This document shows positions 42,753 through 51,202 of a stretch of 64,000 bases of DNA, one piece after another. Within the stretch, counting starts at the first letter, position 1; each line of letters starts with the position of its first letter. The position numbers and the translations under genes were made by a program. The stretch comes from Oxalobacteraceae bacterium (lineage in GTDB: Bacteria; Pseudomonadota; Gammaproteobacteria; Burkholderiales; Burkholderiaceae_D). The stretch spans positions 6,914 to 70,913 of the forward strand of contig JBJTAS010000023.1 in assembly GCA_046090895.1 (NCBI GenBank), given 5' to 3'. The notes under the pieces were generated by a model. That model ran no database searches. It was not told where the DNA came from and saw nothing but the letters and a program-made list of their open reading frames with translations.

Positions 42753-42826
42753 GCCGAAGTGCAGCTTCTGAGCGGACAGGTCTTGCGGCCTGTCCGCCTC
42801 ACCGAAAGCCACCTAGGAGGACTACC

Positions 42827-43111
42827 ATGAAGTCTCTGAAGCTTGCCCCGGTGCTGGCGAGCCTGCTGCTGATCACGGGATCGGTGGCGCTCGCAGATCA
42901 CCATGGTGAGAAAAAGACGCGTGTCGGCACCTGCGATGACGCAAAGAAGCAGCAGGATTATTTCTGTGACCAAAAGAACGCTTCCGGCGATTCAATGGTC
43001 GCGTTGGGTACGGCTTGCAGGAACGCCAAGATCAACGTGAAAGAGGCCTGCGAGGGCGTCGTGCAGCCCGACGAAACCTACAAGTCCTGCAAGATGGAGC
43101 AGAAGTGCTGA
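42827..43111 (+). CDS. Small secreted Cys-rich hypothetical protein
   Basis: GGAGG RBS, Sec signal ending ALA, mature N-terminus DHH, 6 Cys. Confidence 0.7.
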   Translation: MKSLKLAPVLASLLLITGSVALADHHGEKKTRVGTCDDAKKQQDYFCDQKNASGDSMVALGTACRNAKINVKEACEGVVQPDETYKSCKMEQKC

Positions 43112-43198
43112 GCTGATTTCATTTAGTTCGCTGGACAAGTAGCATAACAACATGCAGTTCATCGTGATCAAGGCCTATTCGTCTCCTTGTTTCATCTC

Positions 43199-43227
43199 GC
43201 CGGCAGCCCTGCGCTGCCGGCTTTTTT
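43199..43227 (+). terminator. Intrinsic terminator
   Basis: GCCGGCAGC-CCTGC-GCTGCCGGC-TTTTTT. Confidence 0.8.
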
Positions 43228-43254
43228 ATTTTCTGAAAAACGCTGAAAATCATC

Positions 43255-44136
43255 ATGCAAAAAACCATACAACGCATAACCACGCTGCGCCTGTTGATGT
43301 CCTCGCTAGTCGTCACGCTGATCTCCGTTGCCGCGTCGGCCCAAGAGCGCACGCCCGGCAGCGTGTTCAACGATTGCGATATTTGTCCGCAGATGGTGGT
43401 GCTGCCCGCCGGTGAGTTCGTGCAGGGCTCGGACAAGGTCGAAAGTGGGCATCTGGATGAAAAGCCGCAGCGCACGGTGAAGCTTAGCCGTCCCTTTGCT
43501 GTCGCCAAGACGGAGACCACCTTCGCTCAATGGGATGCCTGTGTCGCTGATGGCAAATGCCCGAAAGCCGACGATGCCGGTCTCGGGCGCGGCAAATTCC
43601 CGGCAGTGAATAACTCTTGGCCAGAAGCCAAGAGTTATGTCACGTGGCCGTCAGCAAAAACCGGCAAATCATATCGGCTGTTGAATGAATCCGAGTTCGA
43701 ATATGCGGTGCGAGGCGGCACCAAGACAGCCTGGTTCTGGGGTGGTAACGACGACAAGAAAAAAACCTGCGACTACGCGAATCTGCATGACGAAAAAGGC
43801 AAAGAGGCTCACCCTAATTATGTCTGGTCGCATGTGCTGTGCAACGACGGCGCAGCAGAAAATGCTGAGGTCGGGCAGTACAAGCCAAACCCCTTTGGTC
43901 TGCATGATATGCTGGGCAATATTCGAGAGTGGGTCGAGGATTGTCATCAGGCCGGCTACGCGGGCGCACCCGAGGATGGCTCGGCACGTAAGCATGAGGG
44001 CAAATGCGAGAAGCGTGTCGTCCGAGGCGGTGCCTGGCTGGATGGCCCGTCAACGGCGCGTTCGGCCTATCGCTATTCTGAGGAAGAAGGTATGCGTAAC
44101 CACCAGACGGGTTTTCGCGTAGCGCGTGACCTGTAA
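43255..44136 (+). CDS. FGE-sulfatase (SUMF1/PvdO/NirV-like) domain exported protein
   Basis: CPQMVVLPAGEF, YRLLNESEFEYA, NPFGLHDMLGN..EW, RGGAW, GFRVAR; signal peptide. Confidence 0.88.
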   Translation: MQKTIQRITTLRLLMSSLVVTLISVAASAQERTPGSVFNDCDICPQMVVLPAGEFVQGSDKVESGHLDEKPQRTVKLSRPFAVAKTETTFAQWDACVADGKCPKADDAGLGRGKFPAVNNSWPEAKSYVTWPSAKTGKSYRLLNESEFEYAVRGGTKTAWFWGGNDDKKKTCDYANLHDEKGKEAHPNYVWSHVLCNDGAAENAEVGQYKPNPFGLHDMLGNIREWVEDCHQAGYAGAPEDGSARKHEGKCEKRVVRGGAWLDGPSTARSAYRYSEEEGMRNHQTGFRVARDL

Positions 44137-44167
44137 ACACGCTTTCGATCTGACAGAGAGGCAGACC

Positions 44168-45571
44168 ATGGCGATTCTTCGCGGCGTTCGCACTGCATGG
44201 ATAAAAAAGCTCGGCGTCATGGCGGCTGCTGCCGCCATGCTGGGGGCCGCTGGCACCGCGGCGACGCAGGTAATCCGTTCCAGCGAAAAGAAGATCGACC
44301 CGAATGCGGTCTACCTGCAGCCTGTACCGGGACTCACGCATTCGCAGCTGCAAAAATTCAAGGCGGGCGAAAAGCAGTTCAAGGCGCCTTGGGTGGTGTT
44401 TCCGCTGCTGGGCGGCGAGTGGGGCTTGGGGCCGACCTTTCTGGCGAGTTCCTGCGTGGGCTGTCATGTGCAGGCCGGTCGCGGCCGGACGATGGATGCA
44501 CCCGGCACCGTGGTGTTCCAGCAATTACTGCGGCTCTCGGTTCCCGGGGAAGACGAACACGGCGCACCGCGTCCGCATCCCAATTATGGCGATCAGATTC
44601 AGGTGTTCGGTATTAATGTCGGATTAAAAGAAAATCTCAAACCGGGTGAGGCGGATCTTTACGTCGACTGGCAGCCCGAGGTGGTTGTTCTGTCGGATGG
44701 TGAGAAAGTCGAACTGCGCAAGCCCAAGATACGTTTAGAAAAACTCAATTTCGGCCCGATCGATGAGACCGTGATGACCTCGCTGCGTAACACGCAAGTG
44801 GTGTTTGGCATGGGTTATCTGGAAGCAGTGAGTGAAGAAGATATTCTTGCACTGGCCAAGATGCAGCAGTCGCAAGGACTGAATGGACGTCCCAACTATG
44901 TGCGTGACGATATCAACAAGCGTACCTCGCTGGGTCGGTTTGGCTGGAAGGCCAATCAGCCCAGCGTGAAACAGCAAATCGTCGCCGCTTTTCATGGCGA
45001 TATGGGTGTGACCTCTTCCCTGTACATCGAAGAGAATTGCCCGCCAGCGCAAACCGCCTGCCGCGCAGTGCCACCGGGGAATCGTCCTGAGCTGCTCGAC
45101 TATTCATGGGATGAGCTCAATTTCTGGTCAGTCGCGCTGGATGCGCCGTCGCCGCGCGATCAGGACAAGGAGAATGTACAGCGTGGCGCAAAGCTGTTCG
45201 AGAAAGCGCGCTGTGCGCAATGCCACATACCCGAGCTCAAGACCGCAGAGTACCCTTTGCTGCCGGCGATTGCGAAGCGCAGTTTCCGTCCCTACACCGA
45301 TTTGCTGCTGCATGACATGGGACCGGGTCTGGCCGATGGTCGTCCTGATTTCAAGGCGGGGCCGCGCGACTGGCGCACCGCGCCTTTGTGGGGCATCGGC
45401 TTGTCCCAGCAGGTGAATGGCAGCACGAACCTGCTGCATGATGGCCGCGCGCGCAACGTGCTTGAGGCGATACTCTGGCATGGTGGCGAGGCCAAGCCAT
45501 CGCGGGATATTTTTGCTGGCTTGAGCAAGGCCGAGCGCGAGGACTTAATCGCTTTCGTGAATTCCCTGTGA
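44168..45571 (+). CDS. Di-heme oxidoreductase family protein (DUF1111/DHOR)
   Basis: GLGPTF..SCVGCH and RCAQCH heme motifs, GRFGWKA, YTDLLLHDMG, WRTAPLWG, LHDGRAR, AILWHGGEA. Confidence 0.88.
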   Translation: MAILRGVRTAWIKKLGVMAAAAAMLGAAGTAATQVIRSSEKKIDPNAVYLQPVPGLTHSQLQKFKAGEKQFKAPWVVFPLLGGEWGLGPTFLASSCVGCHVQAGRGRTMDAPGTVVFQQLLRLSVPGEDEHGAPRPHPNYGDQIQVFGINVGLKENLKPGEADLYVDWQPEVVVLSDGEKVELRKPKIRLEKLNFGPIDETVMTSLRNTQVVFGMGYLEAVSEEDILALAKMQQSQGLNGRPNYVRDDINKRTSLGRFGWKANQPSVKQQIVAAFHGDMGVTSSLYIEENCPPAQTACRAVPPGNRPELLDYSWDELNFWSVALDAPSPRDQDKENVQRGAKLFEKARCAQCHIPELKTAEYPLLPAIAKRSFRPYTDLLLHDMGPGLADGRPDFKAGPRDWRTAPLWGIGLSQQVNGSTNLLHDGRARNVLEAILWHGGEAKPSRDIFAGLSKAEREDLIAFVNSL

Positions 45572-45598
45572 TCTGCACCTTGATGTAGGAACCCATTC

Positions 45599-45808
45599 AT
45601 GGTCACGCGCCGAGAAAAAATCTTTTATTTCAGTCTGGCGCTGGCGCTGTTCATGGTGTTTCGTCATCTGCTCGGCCCCTTGCTTGGCCTGTCCGGGCTG
45701 GCCCTGACGGTGTCGTCCTATGTGTTTGCGATTTTGCTGGCGACGGTTTACCTGTACAAAACTTTGCTGCGTCCGACCCGCAGCACTGAGAACAAGGGGG
45801 ACGCATGA
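45599..45808 (+). CDS. Small two-TM hypothetical protein
   Basis: Two hydrophobic helices, AGGA RBS, ATGA overlap with the next gene. Confidence 0.5.
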   Translation: MVTRREKIFYFSLALALFMVFRHLLGPLLGLSGLALTVSSYVFAILLATVYLYKTLLRPTRSTENKGDA

Positions 45809-46188
45809 AATATCGAACGCTGTCGGCGGCCTTGATGCTGATCGTTGCTAACGTGGCGCACGCCGATTGGAAGCTCTACGGTGATAACGGCAAGGCCGAG
45901 TTTTACTATGACGAAAAAAGCGTGGTCGTCTCGGGCAGTCACGTCACGGTGTGGGAAATGCTGAACTATGGTTTCCCCCTCAACGGCGTACTCTCCAACC
46001 GTTCGCACAAGGAATACGACTGCGGTAGCGAGAAATTCCGTAATCTGTCGGGCGAGTTTTACAGCGAGAATATGCTCAAAGGTAATCGCGTGAGCAACAA
46101 TGTCGATCCCGAAGATACCTGGCGGTCTGTGATCGAGGGGACGCAAAACCAGGCGCTGATGCGATTGGTCTGCGGTCTGCGAAGCTGA
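45805..46188 (+). CDS. Exported protein, surface-adhesin E-like
   Basis: Signal peptide AHA-DW; YYD..S, EYDC and C-terminal VC pattern. Confidence 0.6.
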   Translation: MKYRTLSAALMLIVANVAHADWKLYGDNGKAEFYYDEKSVVVSGSHVTVWEMLNYGFPLNGVLSNRSHKEYDCGSEKFRNLSGEFYSENMLKGNRVSNNVDPEDTWRSVIEGTQNQALMRLVCGLRS

Positions 46189-46317
46189 GATAAGGCTTGC
46201 TCAGGGAGGTATGTTTTCCTCGTGCTAAGCTCATCGCTGATCTGAAGCGGTTGTTCAGGCCGGCGATCATCAAAACGCCTGCGTGACACGGCACGGCATC
46301 ATCCCACGAAAACACCC

Positions 46318-47982
46318 ATGATCGCTCTGCTAGAAGCCCGCCGCGCAGGACTGCTCAACCGCTCTCACTGGGTTCCGAATCTCATCGCAGGACTGATCGT
46401 CGGCGTGGTTGCATTGCCTTTAGCCATGGCATTTGCGATCGCCTCAGGTGCGCGGCCAGAGCAGGGTATTTATACCGCGATCATCGGAGGTGGACTGATC
46501 TCCGTCCTCGGCGGCAGCCGCGTGCAGATTGCCGGACCCACCGGCGCGTTCATCACTATCCTTGCCGGCATCACCGCGAAATATGGCATCGCTGGTTTGC
46601 AGGTCGCAACGCTTATGGCAGGAATCATGTTGGTGCTAATGGGTGTGGCACGCATGGGCGGCGTGATCAAATTCATACCGGCGCCTGTTGTGGTGGGATT
46701 CACTGCAGGTATCGGTGTGATTATTTTTGTCGGGCAGTGGAGCGAGTTCTTTGGATTACCCAAGCCAGCGGGTGAACATTTTCACGAAAAGCTCTGGCAT
46801 TTGCTGCTGTCGTTCCCAGAGGCGCATGGGCCTACACTGGGATTGTCCCTGCTGAGCCTGACACTGGTGCTGATTGCCCCTCGGGTATCCGCACTGGCGC
46901 GAGTACCCGGCCCGCTGATTGCCATGCTGGTGATTACTGTGCTGCAGACTGTCTGGATCTTGCCTGGAATTGCCACGATAGGCTCAGCCTTTGGTGGCAT
47001 ACCGACCGGTTTGCCAGAATTTGCTGTGCCCGCCATCTCGCTGCCACAGATTCTCACCCTGATCGGTCCGGCTTTCACGATCGCGATGCTCGGTTCGATC
47101 GAGGCACTGTTGTCTGCCGTGGTCGCCGATGGCATGGCGGGTACACGACATGATTCAAATCAGGAGCTCATTGGACAGGGTATCGCCAACATCGTCGCGC
47201 CGCTGTTCGGTGGCTTTGCTGCCACCGGCGCGATCGCCCGCACAGCGACCAATATCCGTAATGGTGCCACCAGTCCTCTGGCCGGCATCATGCACGCGGT
47301 GACGCTCATCGCCGTGCTGCTGTTCCTCGCGCCGCTCGCATCTCATATTCCTCTGGCAGTGCTGGCGGCGATATTGTTCGTGGTGGCGTGGAATATGAGC
47401 GAGGCAAGGCACTTCATCCATCTGCTCAAGACGGCACCTCTGGCCGACCGGCTGATTCTTGTAATTACTTTTGTGCTGACCGTGTTCGCAGATCTGGTCG
47501 TCGCCGTGAATGTTGGTGTCATACTCGCCATACTGCATTTCCTGCGTCGCATGTCCGATTCTGTCGAGACATTGCCTGTCGATGAGACAGAGCTCTCCAC
47601 CGAGCTGGCTCGACATCACATCGATACGTTGCCACGCGGACTGATGGTGTACGAGATCGCCGGACCGATGTTCTTCGGTGCGGTAGAAAATTTCGAACGT
47701 GCTCTGGTTGAGATACATACGCATCCTAAAGCCCTGGTGATTCGGCTGCGTCGGGTACCTTTTATGGATATGACGGGTATACAGGTGCTCGAAGAAGTCG
47801 CCGCCAAATTGCGCAAGCGAGGTGTGGCGGTGGTGCTCTGCGAAGCGAATGAGCGCGTGAGGGGTAAATTACTGCGTGCCGGCGTGATACAGGAGGCATC
47901 GTCCGATAGCTATGCGGATCATTTGGCCGATGCGGTCCAGACGGCTTCGCGCGACCTGTCTCGCTACCCGAAACCGGCATGA
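46318..47982 (+). CDS. SulP family anion transporter with STAS domain
   Basis: VALPLAMAFAIASG, QIAGPTGAF, ATGAIARTATN; STAS GPMFFG...PFMDMTG. Confidence 0.93.
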   Translation: MIALLEARRAGLLNRSHWVPNLIAGLIVGVVALPLAMAFAIASGARPEQGIYTAIIGGGLISVLGGSRVQIAGPTGAFITILAGITAKYGIAGLQVATLMAGIMLVLMGVARMGGVIKFIPAPVVVGFTAGIGVIIFVGQWSEFFGLPKPAGEHFHEKLWHLLLSFPEAHGPTLGLSLLSLTLVLIAPRVSALARVPGPLIAMLVITVLQTVWILPGIATIGSAFGGIPTGLPEFAVPAISLPQILTLIGPAFTIAMLGSIEALLSAVVADGMAGTRHDSNQELIGQGIANIVAPLFGGFAATGAIARTATNIRNGATSPLAGIMHAVTLIAVLLFLAPLASHIPLAVLAAILFVVAWNMSEARHFIHLLKTAPLADRLILVITFVLTVFADLVVAVNVGVILAILHFLRRMSDSVETLPVDETELSTELARHHIDTLPRGLMVYEIAGPMFFGAVENFERALVEIHTHPKALVIRLRRVPFMDMTGIQVLEEVAAKLRKRGVAVVLCEANERVRGKLLRAGVIQEASSDSYADHLADAVQTASRDLSRYPKPA

Positions 47983-48024
47983 GCCAAGAGATTTGAACGG
48001 CGATCAGGGGCCGTCAGGTCGCAT

Positions 48025-48062
48025 AAAAAAAGTCCGTCTGGTGGTGGCAGACGGACTTTTTT
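48025..48062. terminator. Bidirectional intrinsic terminator
   Basis: A-tract, GTCCGTCTG / CAGACGGAC stem, T-tract between convergent genes. Confidence 0.85.
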
Positions 48063-48107
48063 GTTACTTGCTTCGCCACTGGTTATCGCCAGCAAATCGC
48101 GCACCGA

Positions 48108-48683
48108 TTACTGCTTGATCGCTTCGATAGCGATGTCGATACGGACTTCATCGCTGACGTTCGGTGCGTACTTGCCCATATTGAAGTCAGTGCGCTTGAC
48201 GGTGGTGCTGGCATTGGCGCCGATAGCATCTTTTTTGGCCATGGGATGCGGCATCGCCTGAAAGCCAGTGACGGTGAGGGTAACGGGCTTGGTGATGCCT
48301 TTCAGTGTCAGGTTACCCTCGATCTTGGCGGGCTTGTCGCCATTGAAGCTTACCTTGGTCGATTTGAAAGTTGCAGTCGGAAACTTGGCGGTGTGGAGAA
48401 AATCTTCCGCCTGAATGTGCTCATTGAACAGGCTGGAGCCGGTATCGACGGAGGTGGTGTCGATGGTGATATCGACCTCGCCGGTTTTGGCGGCCTTGTC
48501 GAACACGATCTTGCCCGTAGTCTTGTTAAAGCGCGACATCTGTACCGAGAAGCCAAGGTGGGTATACGAGAAGCTGGGGAAGGTGTGATTGTTATCGATC
48601 CCATAGGTCTCGGCCGCCGCGAAGGATGACGATGCCAAGGTGGAGAGAATGACGGCGAGCGACAGCTGTTTGATAGTTTTCAT
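48108..48683 (-). CDS. YceI family protein (3)
   Basis: YGIDNNHTFPSFSYTHLGFS, KFPTATF, LTLKGITKPV. Confidence 0.9.
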   Translation of the reverse strand: MKTIKQLSLAVILSTLASSSFAAAETYGIDNNHTFPSFSYTHLGFSVQMSRFNKTTGKIVFDKAAKTGEVDITIDTTSVDTGSSLFNEHIQAEDFLHTAKFPTATFKSTKVSFNGDKPAKIEGNLTLKGITKPVTLTVTGFQAMPHPMAKKDAIGANASTTVKRTDFNMGKYAPNVSDEVRIDIAIEAIKQ

Positions 48684-48804
48684 GCGGGATTCTCCTGTTA
48701 GAGTCATGGTGCTAAGTTAATGCAGCGGTGCTACTTATTTTGCTGTTACGGTACAACGGGACTTCGTCAGGATATCGTGGGTGACAATATCGACTTGGGG
48801 TGCT

Positions 48805-49383
48805 TCATGGGGTTTGCTCTGTTGACGAGACATCCGTCGAGGGATCGGAATGCATGGGCAGCATGCGAATCAGCACATCATCCTTGTCAAAGAAATGGTG
48901 TTTGAGCGCAGCCGCGATGTGCGCTAGCAGCAGCACGATCAGCACCAGGTTCAGACCTTGATGAAGCTCGAGCAGCAGTTCGCCCAGTTGTTTGTTTTTG
49001 GACAGCAGATCGGGCAGAGGCAGAACGCCAAACCAAACGGTTTGATACCCCTTGGCTGAACTCATGAGCCAGCCAGACAGCGGTATCGCCAGCATCAGAA
49101 GGTACAGCCCGACATGGCCACTGTGCGCTGCGACTTGCTGCAGCCTCGACATGTGCCACGGCATGGAAGGTGGCTGATGGTTCGCTCGCCAGGCGAGTCG
49201 AACGAATGTCAGAAAAAACACCGTCACACCAGCCCACTTGTGCCACGAGTAGAGCTTCAGTTTTTGCGGCGACAGCGGTAGATCACTCATGTAAAAGCCC
49301 AGCGCCAGCAGCCCAAAAATTATCAATGCCATCAACCAGTGCAGTGATTTGGCTGTCCGGGTGTAGTGCGTGGAAGCGTGCAT
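48805..49383 (-). CDS. Cytochrome b561 (YceJ/CybB-like)
   Basis: LHWLMA, HKWAG, H..LY, HIAAALKHH heme ligands. Confidence 0.9.
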   Translation of the reverse strand: MHASTHYTRTAKSLHWLMALIIFGLLALGFYMSDLPLSPQKLKLYSWHKWAGVTVFFLTFVRLAWRANHQPPSMPWHMSRLQQVAAHSGHVGLYLLMLAIPLSGWLMSSAKGYQTVWFGVLPLPDLLSKNKQLGELLLELHQGLNLVLIVLLLAHIAAALKHHFFDKDDVLIRMLPMHSDPSTDVSSTEQTP

Positions 49384-49406
49384 CTTGTCCTCTGAGCGTG
49401 AATGAA

Positions 49407-50204
49407 TCAGTGTACTGGTGTGAAAGTGTAGGCATCCATGGCCAGCACATAATCGCTGATACCCGCATGGAAGCGGTGCACTGCAGCTCCTTTGCCCGCT
49501 GCGCCGAGCGCCACATACAAGGGCAGCAGGTGTTCATCGCTGGGATGCGCCTGCACGGCGTTCGGTGCTTGCTCTCGGTAGTGCAGTAAAGCGTCGGTGT
49601 CGCTCGCCTGCAGTTGCGCGTACAACCATTCCGGAAAATCGCGCACATAGTCTGGCGTCTGTCCCCCGTTCTGGCGAGCGATCATGTAATCGCGCAGGTT
49701 GTGCGTGATGTTCCCCGAGCCGATGATTAAAAAACCTTGGTTCACCAAGGGCGCGAGCGCCTCGCCCAGACGATAGGCATGCGCTGCGCCCGCATGGCTT
49801 TGCAGCGAGAGCGGTATGACGGGTACGTCGGCATCCGGGTACATGAGTCTGAGCGGAACCCATGCGCCATGGTCGAGGCCATCCGAGGGCAGTTCACGCA
49901 CAGGCAAGCCAGCGGCAGCGATGGCCGCGGCGACTTCGCTGGCGCCTTCGGGGCAGCCAGTAGCGGGGTAGTTAAGCTGGTAAAGCTCAGGCGGGAAGCC
50001 ATAAAAATCGTGAATAGTAGCCAGCTTTTTTGCATGGCCGACGGTGGGCGCCTCGGTATCCCAGTGCGGACTGACGATCACGATCGCACGTGGGCGCGGC
50101 AGACTGCTTGCCATCTCGGCCAACGCCGCACCCGCCGCGCCGGGGCGCAGCGCAAAAGTGGGCGCGCCATGCGGGATGAACAGGGTAGGTAGTCGCGTTT
50201 CCAT
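49407..50204 (-). CDS. DODA/YgiD-type class III extradiol dioxygenase
   Basis: FIPHGAP, SPHW, HDFYGFP, LDHGAWVPL, GSGNITHNL, AHPSDEHLLP. Confidence 0.9.
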   Translation of the reverse strand: METRLPTLFIPHGAPTFALRPGAAGAALAEMASSLPRPRAIVIVSPHWDTEAPTVGHAKKLATIHDFYGFPPELYQLNYPATGCPEGASEVAAAIAAAGLPVRELPSDGLDHGAWVPLRLMYPDADVPVIPLSLQSHAGAAHAYRLGEALAPLVNQGFLIIGSGNITHNLRDYMIARQNGGQTPDYVRDFPEWLYAQLQASDTDALLHYREQAPNAVQAHPSDEHLLPLYVALGAAGKGAAVHRFHAGISDYVLAMDAYTFTPVH

Positions 50205-50306
50205 ATCAATAATTTTCTTGGGTAAGTGCTTTGACCGTAATGTAGACGGATCAATCGTGATGAAATAGTAGACAATAGACAAATCTTTATTCCTTCATCA
50301 GCAACA

Positions 50307-51188
50307 ATGGACCGACTCCAGTCTATGCATGTGTTTGTCAGGGTGGCCGAGTTGGGCAGTTTTTCGGCGGTTGCGCAGCAGCTGGGCGTCGCGCGCTCGG
50401 TGGTCACGCGTCAGATTGCGGCGTTGGAGGAGCATCTGGGCATCAAGCTGATGGTGCGCAGCACTCGCCGGCTGATGCTGACCTCGGCCGGGGCGGCGTA
50501 TCTGGAGAAGTGCAGGGTGATTCTGAACCTGGTCGAAGCCGCTGAGACGGGTGTGGCTGAAGAGCGTCTGACACCGCGCGGCACGATACGGGTGAGCTTG
50601 CCGCTCTCGTTTGGTTTGAGGCGCGTCGCACCTCTGCTGCTCGACTTCGCGCGCCGCTACCCCGAGGTCAGACTGGATATGGACTACACCGACCGCCGGG
50701 TGAACCTGATCGAAGAAGCGATCGATCTGTCGGTACGCATCACTGGCAAGCTGAGCGCAAACGACGTTGCGCGACGACTGGGCAGAATACCGATGTGCGT
50801 GATTGCCTCGCCCGCCTACCTTGCCGAGCATGGCACACCGCGTCATCCATCCGAGCTCGCACACCACGAATGCCTGAGCTACACCATGGTGGGTTCATCG
50901 CAAACCTGGACCTTTGAGGTGTCTGGTACGCCGGTGAGTTTCCCTGTTCGCGCGCGCCTTCATGCCAACAACGGCGAGGCATTGACGCAAGCAGCGGTAC
51001 AGGGACTGGGAATTGCATTGCAGCCGGCGTTTATTGCCGAGGAGGCGATTGATGCTGGCAAGGTGGTCAGATTGCTGGAAAATTTTCAATCCCCTGAGCT
51101 GGGGATTTATGCCATCTTACCCAGCAACCGCCAGGTGCCGCATCGGGTCCGCGTCTTGATGGATTTTCTGGCGCAGCATCTGCGTTGA
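50307..51188 (+). CDS. LysR family transcriptional regulator (CrgA-like)
   Basis: GSFSAVA...LEEHLGIKLMVRSTR HTH; divergent from the dioxygenase. Confidence 0.93.
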   Translation: MDRLQSMHVFVRVAELGSFSAVAQQLGVARSVVTRQIAALEEHLGIKLMVRSTRRLMLTSAGAAYLEKCRVILNLVEAAETGVAEERLTPRGTIRVSLPLSFGLRRVAPLLLDFARRYPEVRLDMDYTDRRVNLIEEAIDLSVRITGKLSANDVARRLGRIPMCVIASPAYLAEHGTPRHPSELAHHECLSYTMVGSSQTWTFEVSGTPVSFPVRARLHANNGEALTQAAVQGLGIALQPAFIAEEAIDAGKVVRLLENFQSPELGIYAILPSNRQVPHRVRVLMDFLAQHLR

Positions 51189-51202
51189 ACCGGATCTGCG
51201 GT

